The translations under genes and the position numbers were made by a program. The notes under the pieces were generated by a model that did not search any database, was not told where the DNA came from, and was given only the letters and a program-made list of their open reading frames with translations. This document shows, piece by piece, positions 23,901-36,375 of a stretch of DNA of 64,000 nt (its first letter is position 1; each line of letters begins with the position of its first letter). This DNA is from Klebsormidium nitens (Eukaryota > Plantae > Klebsormidiophyceae): the NCBI GenBank assembly GCA_000708835.1, contig DF237244.1:45412-109411 (forward strand). Reading direction: 5' to 3'.

Positions 23901-26900
23901 CTTCGCCCCTTCGTTTCCTTTTTCAGAACGTGGAGTAAGGCTACAGAATATGTGCGTTCCTCCACTCATGCTGGTACGTACCTTCATGTCCCGGATGTCT
24001 TGTTTCTTGAGCGCCTCGTCCTCGCGCCGCTTCGTCTCCTCGAGGTCGCGCTTCATCTCCGCCTGCTCCTGCAGCTGCCGGTCGCGCTCCGCCTTCAGCG
24101 CGGCCGCGGCGCGCTTCTTCTCCTCCTGCCAAAGGAAGGGTGTCTCTTCTAAGGATTCTCTTCCCCCTTCCCCAAAGATCAGCGCGAGGCAAGACGCCGG
24201 AGCTCTTGAAAAGGGCACCGGGGCAACTGGACCCCCTCGGCGGCCAGCACAGTGCCCATGTCGCTCGGGACGAATTTTTATAAATTCTGGTCCGTCGAAT
24301 GAAATTGTCCCTAAGAACTCAGATGCACGAGTGTTCCTTCTAATCTGACTCCCTCTTCAAGACGATTCTTGAGGCGGAAGAAACCGCGACATCCGTAAGG
24401 CAGGTTTTGGAGAATGTTCAGGATACCGTATTGTCTGTCGAGTCGGTTGTGCAGAAAAAGCTGAGTGTCGATCTCGTCTGCCTCTTTTTAGGCACTGGAA
24501 TCGACTGGAGCGCGGTGCGGGTCATCGACAAGAGCAAAAATGATCAGGGTTCCCAAAGAGACCACGAAAGTCTCCCACGAAGTCTTGCGTGAAGTCCAAG
24601 ACGAGGATTTTGGCGGCTAGCAAATCTGGCTCTCTACGCACAGTGGGATCCCTCAGTCCCAGCGCCAAAGTGAACCTCCAGCGGAGGTCAAAAGGTCGTC
24701 GAACTGATTCCAACATTCAAGACACGACAATCTTGGCGTACCTGCTTCCTCGCCTCCTCCTTCTTCCAGGCCTCCAGATCTTCCTTCTCCTTCGCCGCAT
24801 ACTCCTGGTCCTCCTGGCACGCCTCCTTCCGCTTGTCCAGGTGCTCCTTTACCTGCGCGGAAGCCGAAAGCAGGTAAAAGGTGGAATGAAGATCATGTTC
24901 TGTCGCCTGGCACGCCTCCTTCCGCTTCTCGAATTGCTCTTTCAGCGGCACACGAGCGGAGTACCGGTAAAAGTCGGAATAGAGAGGATCGTCGTGTCTA
25001 CAGGTTGACTTGGCACGCCTCCTTCCGCTTCTCGAGGTGCTCCTTCACCTGCGCGGAAGCGGTATACCGGAAATGTCGGATTAGGAAGTATTGTCGTGTC
25101 TAAAAGTCTCGGCACGCCTCCTTCCGCTTCTCGAGAAGCTCCCTTACCCGGGCAATAGCGGAACACCGAAGAGAGGCACAGAGATGACTTTGTGGCCTAC
25201 GAACAGCCACAACGCTCCACACATTTGTTTCCGTCCAATCTTCTCGGTTGCATTTTATGGCTGCTCGCCTGAAGAGCTTAGTGGCGAGGATGGGGAGAAG
25301 GGACGTTGGTGTTGAGTCTTGGATGTATTTGACCAGGCAGCACGTCTTGTGTTCCTCACGACTTGGATATCAGAAACCGCGTCATCAATACGTCAAAGAG
25401 CACCTTGTACGGAGAGCTTGCCATCTTCCGTTGCGTCAATGTGTGTTACTCCTATCTTGGCTTTCCGAGAGCTCGATTGCGACATCAAGCACGATCCACA
25501 CACCTTATGAAGGCTCAGAAACTTCGAGATATAACCAAGAGCCTGATATACGCATGCAACCGGAAGTTGATGTAAAGCTTGCCTCCGGTGGGAGGCTCAA
25601 AAGCTGCAGGTTATAGGCTCTTTATCTGACAATCTCGCCTAGGGCGAGCTTCTAGGAGGCGCCTCAAATAACGCACCTGACTGTCGAGCTGCAATTTGAT
25701 GAGCCGTCTTCTCTCAGCCTCCTTCTGTCTCTCTTCCTTCTCTTTCCTCTTTGCCTCCTCGACTGTGAACTTCTGGATCGTGACCCACTCGTCGTCATCA
25801 GTAGGACGTGTGTGCATCGATCCTGCAGGAGACAACAGCCTCTCACTGCCTCTATGCGATTTCAAAAAAGTATCGTTCTGTCCTAGTTGTTTGAATGGTC
25901 AAGCTTCCGACTCAAGTGTTGCTGACCCAACCATGGAGAATCGTCTGAAGGCTACTGTTGCGTTCTGTGACGTCAGCTGGTAGAATGAGAGGTCTGCATG
26001 CAGCCATGTTAACTGCTTTATACGTGGCGGGGCTCTTTTTGGTGTGCTGCCAGAAATAGGGTCGTTCTTCAACGAGAAGCTGAACAAGTAGCGCCACCCT
26101 TACTTTATCTACTGGCACTACGAACCTTTGACACCAGCGTAGCTTCGCGTGATCAGAAGTGGGGCAAGCTTTACTCACGAGTCGGGCTCCCGAGAGAAGT
26201 CGGTGTGTCAGGGCAGCTGTCCCGGTTTGAATAGCTGCTGATCACAAGACGCGCTCTGATCTTATCCTCAATGCTCGAGGAGTCCTCTTCTGTTGCCCCA
26301 GGGTGACTCATCACCCAGCTGACAACCTCTTGGCCAATGATCTCTTGAGTTTTGAAGTCGGCTGCAAGATACTGCAGGCCAAAGAGAAGCTTTGGTCAGC
26401 TTTGTGCGGCTAGCTAGTCTGCCATTGAAGAAAGACAACTTGTTCTGCATGCAGAATACAGGCACAGACTCAGCCTGCCAATGCAGCCATGTAAGCTGCT
26501 TCAATTGGAAGTGGGTTTGGTGCTCGTAAGAAGCTACAACATTGTGCTAGCTATATGTGAGAGTGGCTAAATACAGATTGAATCTTCTCAGAATCTGCAG
26601 GAGCAGGAAGCCTGGACGACGACAGTCCTGCTGATCAGGTGCTCAAAATTATCCTTATCATCCAGAGCCTCTTAGACGGTTGTCACTCCTAGATAAGAAG
26701 GTAGCTATCTATAACGTAAGATCTTTCAGCAGGGTACGTTGAAAATCTAGGCTTGCCGGCCACTCGACAGCCAGCAAGCAACCCTTAAGCTGATCAGCAA
26801 TCGTGGCCACTTGACTAGAGACAGGAAGACGCGAAAGGTTTCTCACAGAGAACTTCTCCCTCATTTTGTGAACCAGCACCCCCATCAACGCCTCCCTGTC

Positions 26901-27134
26901 AGAGGACAGGCCTTGCCCCACCCCAGTGCCCCCCCTGGAAGCCCCTGCCGTGTTTGCTGCTCTTGGGCCTCCTGCAGTGCTTGGGGTCCGAAGGCGTGCA
27001 TTGGTGCCTGGTCTTGACCCCGCTCGTGATTGGGGAAGGCTTCCCTCCAAAGAAAGGACATTGATTGATGGCCCCTGGCCTGATCCCTTGTTGGGAGCCC
27101 GGTTGCCCGACCGAGATGGAGGGGCGGGTGCCAT
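20908..27134 (-). CDS. Long E/K/R/Q-rich coiled-coil protein (~515-520 aa), trichohyalin-plectin-homology-like; possibly flagellar
   Basis: Exons 27134-26847, 26371-26179, 25822-25677, 24852-24742, 24125-23982, (possible micro-exon 23329-23303), 23236-23069, 22640-22536, 22073-21936, 21606-21455, 21004-20908 join in phase. Features DDDEWVTIQKF, LIKLQLDSQ, and C-terminal MDDVEKAYNSGLL. Functional label is inference. Confidence 0.75.
22426..22476 (+). repeat. Interstitial telomere-like tract (CCCTAAAA = TTTTAGGG type) in an intron
   Basis: 'ttaaaaccctagaaccctaaaacccttatttctaaaaccctaaaactcaaa'; a more decayed tract occurs at ~11605-11630. Confidence 0.7.
24853..25160 (-). repeat. Three extra degenerate copies of the acceptor and first ~39 nt of a coiled-coil gene exon
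   Basis: 'ggcacgcctccttccgctt' occurs at ~24816 (real exon), ~24909, ~25012 and ~25111. The copy at 25048-25010 retains the 'cgcgcAG' acceptor. Confidence 0.85.
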
Positions 27135-28044
27135 GAGCACTATTAATCAGACGTCTTCAGCATTGTCCTGAAAGGGCACTTCAGGTCCTGCGCTACGCAG
27201 CATCTTCAGGAAGCTGAAGACTCAATCTATCCCGGATCTCAGCAATCAAAGGGGCCCTGCATGTACGGTACAATATTGACAACGTTGCACCAATCTGCTT
27301 CCTTTTGCAATTCAGATCAGAGATCAACATACAAGGGGTGAAAGGGCGATGGAGAGCACCGTCCTATACAGACACGTATGTGGCAATCTGAAACGGGCAC
27401 CTGAGCAGACGCTTCCTGCTGAGATTCAGAGACTTTACTAGGTAACTGTATCGTGGGAGCGATCATTTGAGAGAAAATCAACCAGAAAAGCGTGACGTGA
27501 TGCCATCAGATTGCCTCAGATCCTCTGACAACCAGAGCCGCCGTCCCTCGCGCACTGGCATGAGCAAGTATTTGCTCAATTGAAGCTCATTGCTTCCCGC
27601 AAATGACGCTCTGATGCTGTTGTGTATTTTATGTACGGCACATTCATGCTTTGGAAGCGCTACAGTGGGACTGGTTTACAACTGCACCGGTTCTCAACTA
27701 TTAGTATTATATAGGTACAAGTCTACAGACCTACTGGTACCTACCTAAAAACAAAGGACAGCTTCTCGGATTCTTGTCGAATCGAATCCATCAAGCAGGT
27801 TCTGCCTGCAACGAGCACTCGATTCTGAATTTTTGGCGCGGCCCCCGACCAGCTGTCCAAAGTCGACTATAATTGCAGGCACTGGTACTTTAGGCACCGC
27901 TCGGAGTGGAGGTTCCGTTCGTCCGAGCGGTACGGTACCAGCGCGGTGCAAGGGACCGGAATAGCCGACTTACAAAGACAGCTGGCCTGGGTCAAGGAGA
28001 AGACGCGAGTGCGCGCCGCAGGCAAAACTGCTTTTGGCGGAGGT

Positions 28045-28256
28045 GAAGCGGCCGCCGGTTGAATACGGCCAAAGTTCGAGAAAGTTTCGAAGCGGGGCCA
28101 ACGTGGCGCCGGGTGAATACGGCCGCTCTTGGGTCGTAACTTTGAAGCGGGCCAACGTGACGCCGGGTGAATACGGCCGCTCGTGAGGCATTTGTGCTAG
28201 AGCGAGCTGCAGCTGGCTTGCTGCGAACGACGCAATTGGCGCCGGGTGAATACGGC
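28045..28256. repeat. Minisatellite with 17-bp core CGCCGG(G/T)TGAATACGGC, four copies
   Basis: Cores start at 28053, 28107, 28161 and 28240 (spacing 54, 54, 79). Copies 2 and 3 also share 'gaagcgg(g)gccaacgtg'. Confidence 0.85.
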
Positions 28257-30262
28257 TGATTATTAGAAGACAAGCAGTATGTGGTCGACTGCATCGTGGC
28301 AGGCGAGTTGGGCTTCTGATGTGCGGTTAAGCAATAACGTGATTGCACCCGCTGGAGGGGATGCTGGTGGATCATGCGAGCCAAGTCCTGGGGAGAGCGG
28401 ACGCTGGGAAGCGGACATCGGCTGGGCGGGAGCCGACTGGTGAGCGTTTCAGCATAGTAGGGAGGACGCTAGAAGTGTTTGGTCGTCGAGTCAACGTAGA
28501 GCGTTTGTTAAAATATCTATAGGGTGGGTTCGGGTGGGAACGAAAAAGAATGGCGCCCGAGCGCCTTGTAAAAAAGCTCCTCCGAGTTCCAACAGGAAAG
28601 AAGGAAGGAGCTGTGCGTTTCGTCGAAGATGTGCTTCAATTACATCGAACCTTGACCGTTCGATGAATTCGTCTCGCGATGCGCCAATCAGTGCGCAGTC
28701 CACTAGCTAGCTGGCGGAAATACTGGATGCAGAGTACCGTACGGGGTTTCTATTTCTGTGCGCGCGTGTTGCTCCAACGAACCGGGGCGCCGAACGTTTC
28801 AGACCTAAAAGCATCCGGCAACTCCCGATTTCGACGGCGCCGTCGAATTGGGGCCAAGACATATCCTGAATCGAAGCAAGGCGGCAACCCTAGTTTGATT
28901 CCCAAAACTTATCTGATGTCAAGGGAGTGCTATCGTATCAGGAGTCGGTTAAGACCGCGCGGTACACACTCCTCACAGACAGTGCTGTGTCAGACCCCTC
29001 GGTGATCAGCAGCCACATGCAGTACAATCCGATCAGAGAAGTGTCCATCAGAGACTTGTGCACAGTGCTTCCCGCTTCAAGCCAGCTACAGTACTTCAAG
29101 TTACAGGCGCTGTGAAAGTCCGGTCTGACGAAGAAGTAGAGGCAGCTAGGTACAGTACGTAGTAGGTAGTTGGGGCTGCAGCATTTCAACTATGGCAAGG
29201 ACAAGGCGGATGTCGGACTTGCTCTCAACCTACCATTTTGATGTCGATGCGTGACTGATGCTTGTGGCATCGACTCAACAGTCGATGGCCAAACAAGAGT
29301 CGTATAGAGGAGGTTCGGATATTGGTTCATGATTCAGAATCAAAAAAGTTCATATTATTATCTCTGAACCTTGACGGTCACTTTTGCGTCTCTGAGCCTG
29401 TTCTTGCTTGGATGCAATTAAGGTAATGAGTTCGAAGTGAATTGGACCAGGACAAGTTGGTGCCGTTTAGCTGTTTCAAAGTGATTGCCGGTGTCAATAC
29501 CACAGCAAAGGTCCACTGGGAGTCGTAGCAAATCAAACTTCAACGTCATTGAGTTGCGTAGAACGCTGTTGATTCAAAGCTCTACTTCTGCGCCCTAGCG
29601 GCAAAACCAGAGGCGGGAAAGATGCCGGGGGACACCGGAATGGTTGGTGGGCGGTCCAAAGTTCAGAACAACAGGCCGTGTGGAAAGTCGTCCAAGGTAA
29701 ACCTGCTTCCGATTCCGAAGCAGCTTTTGTGAGCGGCCTTCTGTCAGTCAAATATACTGAAGGGCGTCATTTCAACATTGTAAGATTATCCTGAATATAG
29801 GTGGCAACTTAGAGCGCTAGAGTGGTGCCAAACCTGGCACATGCATGTCCATTCAAAGGAGCTAGTGAGCAAACTGCTCCGACGCTAGCGCTTCCGCCCA
29901 AGACAAAGACGGTACACTCTGTAGAGTTCCTCGGCACGCCCAATGCTGTTGATTAAGGAAAAGCAAGGGCCATAACATCACCCTTAGCCACAGCGAGTCA
30001 TGCTTGCTAGCTGGCTGTTGGGAGTATATAAGGTTGACTTCTTGAGAAATATCTCAACAAGCTTTAGTTTACGGGCATTTGATTAATGGACACTAAAGAG
30101 AAAACAACTTCTCTTACTCTCCTGATCGAGTTAGGAAATCGTTGTTTTTGACACGAAAATTGTCAGACTGTGTTCGAAACTGTTGACGAAGAGTAACCCT
30201 CCTCCAGGGCCAGCTGTCATAAAGCTGGAGGGCTCAACTAGACTGATACCGAATTTTGGCAG

Positions 30263-32906
30263 GTCTCCTCGTTTCGGAAAGGCGAGAATGTGTACAACTT
30301 TGCTGCCGAGCTGGAGCCTGTGAAGCCGTGCGGGGTGCCCAAGAAGTTTCAGTCGAACCTCTTCGACCTCCTCTCCTTCAAGTGAGTCGCTCCTGTTTGG
30401 AAGGATTCAGACAAGAAGCGCACCCGCTCTAATAGATACAATTACTGCCCCAAAGACGTCACACTTCCAAATAAGGTTGCATCATAATCCGGAACAGTGA
30501 TGTTGACCTACTGGCGCTCGCCTTCATACATCAGATTAGCTGCTGTTACCATGTCAACATTTGAAGTCCCATATTTACCAAAACGTCTGGCTTTCAAGGT
30601 TGAGATTTTGATTCTGAAAGCTGCACACGATGCTCTGCACCCAAAGCGCAGCCTCCATTGGGTGTTTGATCATTCCCACTCCAAAGCTGGGTCGTTCCAA
30701 AGCGATCGCGGTTAAGGGGCTCTCAGTTGAAGACAATCCGCAGGTGTCACGAACATTGAAGGATCTTTAGGACTTCGCTAGGCTTCTGAACGAGCTCTTC
30801 TTCCGTGTAGGGAGGCGAAATCTGAGCCAAAGAAGACGGAAACGGACCCCAACCGCCTGCTGGCGAACGACAGCTTCCAAGCACACAACATCTTGACAAA
30901 CACGCTCCTGCCGGGACGGGACAACGAGAATGTGAGCTGCCTGTCTATCATACTTTGTAGCGAAGTAGTTCTGCCATCAAGTTGACCGTCACGACTGATT
31001 TCAGGGGAGACGTGAACGAGGCCGACTGACCTTTTAAAAGAGTGGAAACGCTAGCTCCAAAACAGTCAACACCTGAAGCGAGGAGCGTAGAACCCTCTAA
31101 ACAACATTCGCTGGAACGTAGGTTGAATCAACAATCTACTCGAAGCTGCTCCAACTCAGAGGTTAGGGTTCTTGGGAAGCTTACTACGGTAGTAAAACGA
31201 GCCTTGAAAGCTCTATCTCCTTCCAGGGCCGTCCACTTTTGTTCCAGTCATTGAAGCAGATATGCGCAGGCATAAGTCACCCAGACTTCCCCTACGTCAA
31301 GAATCCAACCTCGACAGACACTCTCTTTTTTCGTCCCACAGAAGCCAGCCAAGAAGCCTCCAGCGCCCAAAGTTCCCCCCGCGGAATACCCGTCTCTGCT
31401 GTACGATCCGATCGTGGGCGAATACAAGTCAGACAAGGGCAGGGAGCTCGAGAAGAAGAAAGGACCAAAGGTTGAGAAGTTCCAAAAGAGACTCGTGCAC
31501 ACGGAAAGGTGGGTGGGCGCTTCACTTATCGGGCAGGTTTGGGCTCCTTTTGCGTACGGGTGTTCCGGTCCGTCATGGTGTTTGAATCCGTTTAGATTGC
31601 TTGTCTGACGAGAAGGCCAGAGGTCGCGTCTTCACCAAGAAAGGTAGTACAGAATGGGAAAACGCGAACGATTCTGTGTCTCAACCTTGCGACACGCTTC
31701 CGTCATTATAGACATTGGATGCCCAACAAGATGCTCAGGATTTCAGAGCGCTGCTGAAAAATGCAAGCGAATTTGTGCCGTCGGAAAGGTTGAGAACGAC
31801 GACAAGAGGTCCCCGCCAGCTCCAATCAGATTGCAAACCTTAAGCGCTGAAGTTGCGAAGACGAAGAGCGGTTCAGAACTCCTCGCAGAAATGTGAATGT
31901 CTTCGATTTGGTCTGTGCAGTCCCCGGGACTACGACGTAGTAAAGGGCGTGTGGTCGGACCGCTTCGCCGAGAAGCCTGAAGGGCTGCGCAAGAACAGCG
32001 CCGAGGCAAACGCGAATGTCCAGGTGAGACGCGAAGCAGCCGGAAGGGGTTTGGCGCATCAGAGGGAAACTCTGATACAGACGAAGAATCTGGCGAAGCA
32101 GAACGGTGCCGCGTTGCGCTTCAGAATCGTACTAGATAAAGTCGGCTGGAGTCACTTCCGTTCCTTATTCGCTCGGACACGTGGCGATGAACGATAGGTT
32201 CTAGTCAGCAACAATTTCTTTTGGAGCTTACATCGACCTGCACGTCATGACAGAGTCTTAAAGATCAAAGTGCAACAGTCAAGGTAATCAAGCGGTAAAG
32301 TGCGATCGTGAAAAAGGATGTACGGACCACTTTCGCGAGACTAACTAGACGGATGCAGAGCGCTCCCTCTTTCTGATATCTTCAAAAACCTTCGACTAGG
32401 TTAACCATATCAATAGGATAAAATTGACTGATTCGTTCCGAAATGTGAGGTCCCATCCTATCCAGGCCGAGCGCATGCGCACCCAGTCCCGCGACGCCCA
32501 GAAGATCGCGCAGCAGGCGGCCACGCGGCAAACCAAGCAGCTCGCGCACAGGCAGGCGCAGCAGCCGCGCGCGATCGGCGGCGCGCACCCGCGCGAAGTC
32601 ACGGACGCGCCCCACGGGTTTAACATCATCAACGGCGTGCCGCTGAGGCCATCAGGGGTTACGGACTTCGTCCCATTCCCCGCGCGCGAGAACATAAACC
32701 CCGACAGCAGTCACAGGAGGTCAAAGCCAAATATAAGCGGGCCCGCTTATGAGGAGTTTAGCTCCTCCCGGAAGGAGGGTATGTGGACAAGTACAAAGGG
32801 GTCAGGGCTGGTTAACTTCAAATCCACTAGGGACAGATCAATGAAAAGGATGATCAGCCACCAAGTCTCTTCCGGTGACATTCTATCTCACGACTCAGCC
32901 GGCTGA
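30263..32906 (+). CDS. Uncharacterised multi-exon protein (start codon not located)
   Basis: Exons 30263-30381, 30811-30931, 31342-31508, 31921-32023, 32466-32906 join in phase with canonical GT-AG sites and GC3-rich codons. Peptides include NLFDLLSFK, DPNRLLANDSF, LLYDPIVGEY, DYDVVKGVW, GFNIINGVP. Confidence 0.7.
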
Positions 32907-33392
32907 CGAACTTCGTTTACAGTTCACAACTTTCAAGGTCGGAGATTCAAAACATGTGGTATTTCGGAGGGTACATTGAGTCCACCCAAAGCTAGAAACG
33001 GACGTTTGGCCCGTACTAGTGCTTATATATTCTGCTGTGTGTAGTCTCACGTCGCCAGAATGAACACGAACTAACCGCTTGGTGTCATCGGTGAATATCC
33101 GCGGATCTTTGATAAGTATCACTGAATACTGCGTCATAAGTGAATCAACTTAAGATCAGCGTTCCGACAACCCGTCAAGACTTTAAAACGGCCCAACGAA
33201 ATTTTTTGACGAAGCTCAGATTTACACAAAGCTGTAACTCGTGTACACAAACCATACTCGACAATCCGTCTTCACTTGTCGCAGATGATCCTCCAGCCTT
33301 AAACGTGAGAAGCTAGTCTAGGCCATCTAAGCACTCCTGGGAGCTTATCGAAACTGCTCCGATCTGATTTCACCACAGGTCTCTGTGCTTGA

Positions 33393-34810
33393 TCAGAATT
33401 CGGGTACAGAATCGGTGCGCCCCTCCTCGACCTCATGAACTCCCATGCCCTCCTCATCAAGTCTGTATGCTGGAAGGAAGGCACGAGTCGGCTTTTTACG
33501 ACGATTGCATAGCCATCCCAAGCAGCAGAACAGGACCCCGCAGAGCGCTATTCCGCCAAACACTCCGACTGCCACTTTCCAGTCCATGTGACCTCCTTTG
33601 GAAGATGAATCGGTCAACGCCATCTGCCGCGACCAGAGAAAAGAATCGCACAATTGGTGAACGAAGTTGTGACAACACGTTCTGAGCTTGAATTCGAAGC
33701 TGTAAGTGAATACATATGATAGATCAAGATTCAAGAGATAAGTCTACCAAATAAAGTCAAAATTGCGCAGATAAGGGGGTGGATTGTAAGATCTGTTGCT
33801 GTTCGAGCCATTCATTAGGGGCCCCGAAACAATGCGACGAACCGCTGATACAATGAGTTCCAGCTTCAGCCTGTTTGGAGGCAACGGGCCGGGTACTTCC
33901 GATCAACTTTGCATTGACACGAGGAGCTCTAAACAAGCACTGAGAGCATGAAATAAACTTACCTGCTGCATAAAGAGAGCTGTCGTAGAAGCGTCCATCG
34001 GGATGTTCCCTGCACTTCAGGATGCTTGGAGTCAGTCTGCATGACTAAAGCTTGTCAATGTGCAAGGAATCACAGGTGCTGATGCACACAGGGAAAGCAT
34101 GAGACTTAGCATCCTGTTTGACGACTTTGTCATTCCTCCAGGAACAGCTTGTAGTCAAAGCTGACACGTAGCTCCAACGTGACGTCTAAGATTCCATCAC
34201 ACTCTCAGCGGCAAATGAGTGAAAATGATTCTACCAGTACGTAAGGTTGCAGATTTCAGGTTGCAGAGACCAGCACTCGCCGCGAAAAATTAGTGAACCG
34301 TGCACGAGCTTACGTCCTGTCTGCAAAAGAAATCGAGCCCTTGTTTTTGAAGCTGACAATGAACAAATTTGGTGACAGAAAACCTGAGCAGTCTCCAAAA
34401 GATTCCTAACAGGAGCTTGTAGGTAAAAAAAACAAGCATGAACAAAGACGTCTCACCAAGTCAGACGTTCACCTGCCAGTGGACGTTGAGTACTTGAAAC
34501 CCATCAGGTGCGACGTGCTTCGCTCCTTTTACACGAGAAGCACCGACTTTTGGATTCTCCGTTCCGCAAAGAAGGTCAGACGTCAAAGATGTTCTCGTTC
34601 TGACAGTTCTTACGAGCGCCGTCACCAACCGTTTGTTTCCTCTGATGGTTGCTGTCACGCTGGTCAGCTGTGATATGTTCAGCTTGTAAGCTTAGGCTTA
34701 CTGGCGCCCGAACCTTGTGCCGCTGTGGTAAAACATGCAGATCTGCCCAAAGTTTTGACTGAACAAAAGCAGATGCTCTTCCGCACCTTCTGCGTAAGTC
34801 TTGAAGCCAT
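33393..34810 (-). CDS. Putative small membrane protein (~190 aa) with a C-terminal TM helix
   Basis: Exons 34810-34787, 34667-34473, 34009-33963, 33699-33393 join in phase. TM segment VAVGVFGGIALCGVLFCCLGWLC is followed by NRRKKP. The N-terminus is basic, Ser/Thr-rich and lacks acidic residues. The first exon is the least certain. Confidence 0.45.
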
Positions 34811-36375
34811 CTAATACTCGGCGGGGCCGGCCGCCATTTGTTTGTGACATCAACGTGGCGCTTTCTGAAAAGTCACTGCAGGTCGGCCGCGCGGCGCGGC
34901 CGCCGCAGCTCGGGGGTTTCGCAAACTTAACGCTTGACGCCCAGGGATCGGCCGCGGCGCGGCCCCCACGGCCGCAGGCCCTCGCCGTAAATCATTCTTG
35001 CGATCAACCATCTGGCGCCAATTGGCATTTGCTTTTCTTCCTGATACTGCTAGTATCAAGTGGTTTTACTCAGGTTGGCAGACTTTTGATAAAGCCTCTA
35101 GGAGGAGGCAAGGCGCGAGCGCAATCTGGATACTGTTCTGGATCACCCCTCTTATTGACAGGTAAGCCGTCGAACTCTGGTGTATTTGAATAGCCAATCT
35201 TTCTGACCTCTTCCTTCATTTTCGGCTCCATTGGCAGCAGTTCTGCTTTAAATTCTAGACTGTTGCGGCTTAAGTAGTGATGTCTTCAGAAATCATTGTT
35301 TCTTGCTTCATCCATCATCCCTTTCCCATACATGATGGTATATTGGATCTGTATAAAGCCTAAAGGCTTGATCGAACATTCAGCCCGTTTCTGGTTCCTG
35401 AACACGTCTGTGGTTTCTTGAGACTTTGCTTTTCATCGAGACATGCATGTTATCGGACTTCTGGGGCACTCTTTCGAATTCCATTCATTTCTGTGCCTGA
35501 CCTTGGGGGGCTTGCAGAAAGTTGACTGTCTCGGACAAAAACGTAAATGGTTGCTTGAAAGGAGGATTGGGAAATTTCCTGACTTCAAAGCGTTCTCTTT
35601 CACCAGCGTGTCCTCTGTCCTTGCGGTTGCCTCATTAAGGCGTACCTTCAAGAGATATATGCAACATCGATGATGTCTGCAACCGGCAGTGCTGCACTGA
35701 CTAGGTCGTGTGCTTGAAAGCCTGTGCTTTTGTTTGGGCAGGAGAGCCACAGCTTGTAAGCATGTGATGTGCTAACAATTGTGGCTGGAACCGACTTACT
35801 GTTTGTTGCAGGCATCATGGCTGTTGTCCTGGAGTGGCTATGCAGGCGACTGCACAAGACCGATGAAGGAAAATTATCTGAGCCGCTCTTAAGCCAGTGC
35901 CCAAGCGAGTCAGGAGTAAGATTTTGTTCATCCACGAACCTGGTTTTTGGTCAAAAGACTCAAAGTATTTGTAGTGAACTCGGCAAAGCGCAGAGATGGG
36001 CCGCTTTTCATTGCTATCTAGCCAAAGACTGAAACGAAACGGAGACGCAGATGAGGAACTTTCTGGTTTAAATTCTCATGTTAGGCTTGATAGAATCGAT
36101 GATAATTTTATCTCCTGAATCTGTCAGTGGCGAAATAAAGGCAGTGAGCAACCCACCAGCATTTGGAACATCCTTGACGAGGACAGAAGAACGTTATTTG
36201 AAAATTCGAAGCTTGGATTCCAGGGACTTCTTGAAATTCGCAAGATGAGAAGAGCACTGAAGTAAACGAATTGTGGTAACCTCAGCGAGTCAACTTCTCC
36301 AAGGATCTGGCCTGGTCTTATGCGGTGCATGTGATCGAAAAGGATTGGTTCATGTGTCCTTCACTTTTTCTGCAG

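Noticed and set aside
27660-27700. TA|CAGTGG as a Tc1/mariner left terminus
   Set aside because: No matching inverted repeat or transposase remnant was found in the window.
28045-28256. CRISPR-like array
   Set aside because: Only four 17-bp cores, the spacers are related to each other, spacing is irregular, there are no cas genes and the context is eukaryotic; treated as a minisatellite.
33640-33699. PPPDE/LRAT-like catalytic motif in CCHNF
   Set aside because: Lacks the N-C core and an identifiable upstream His motif; too weak to assign.
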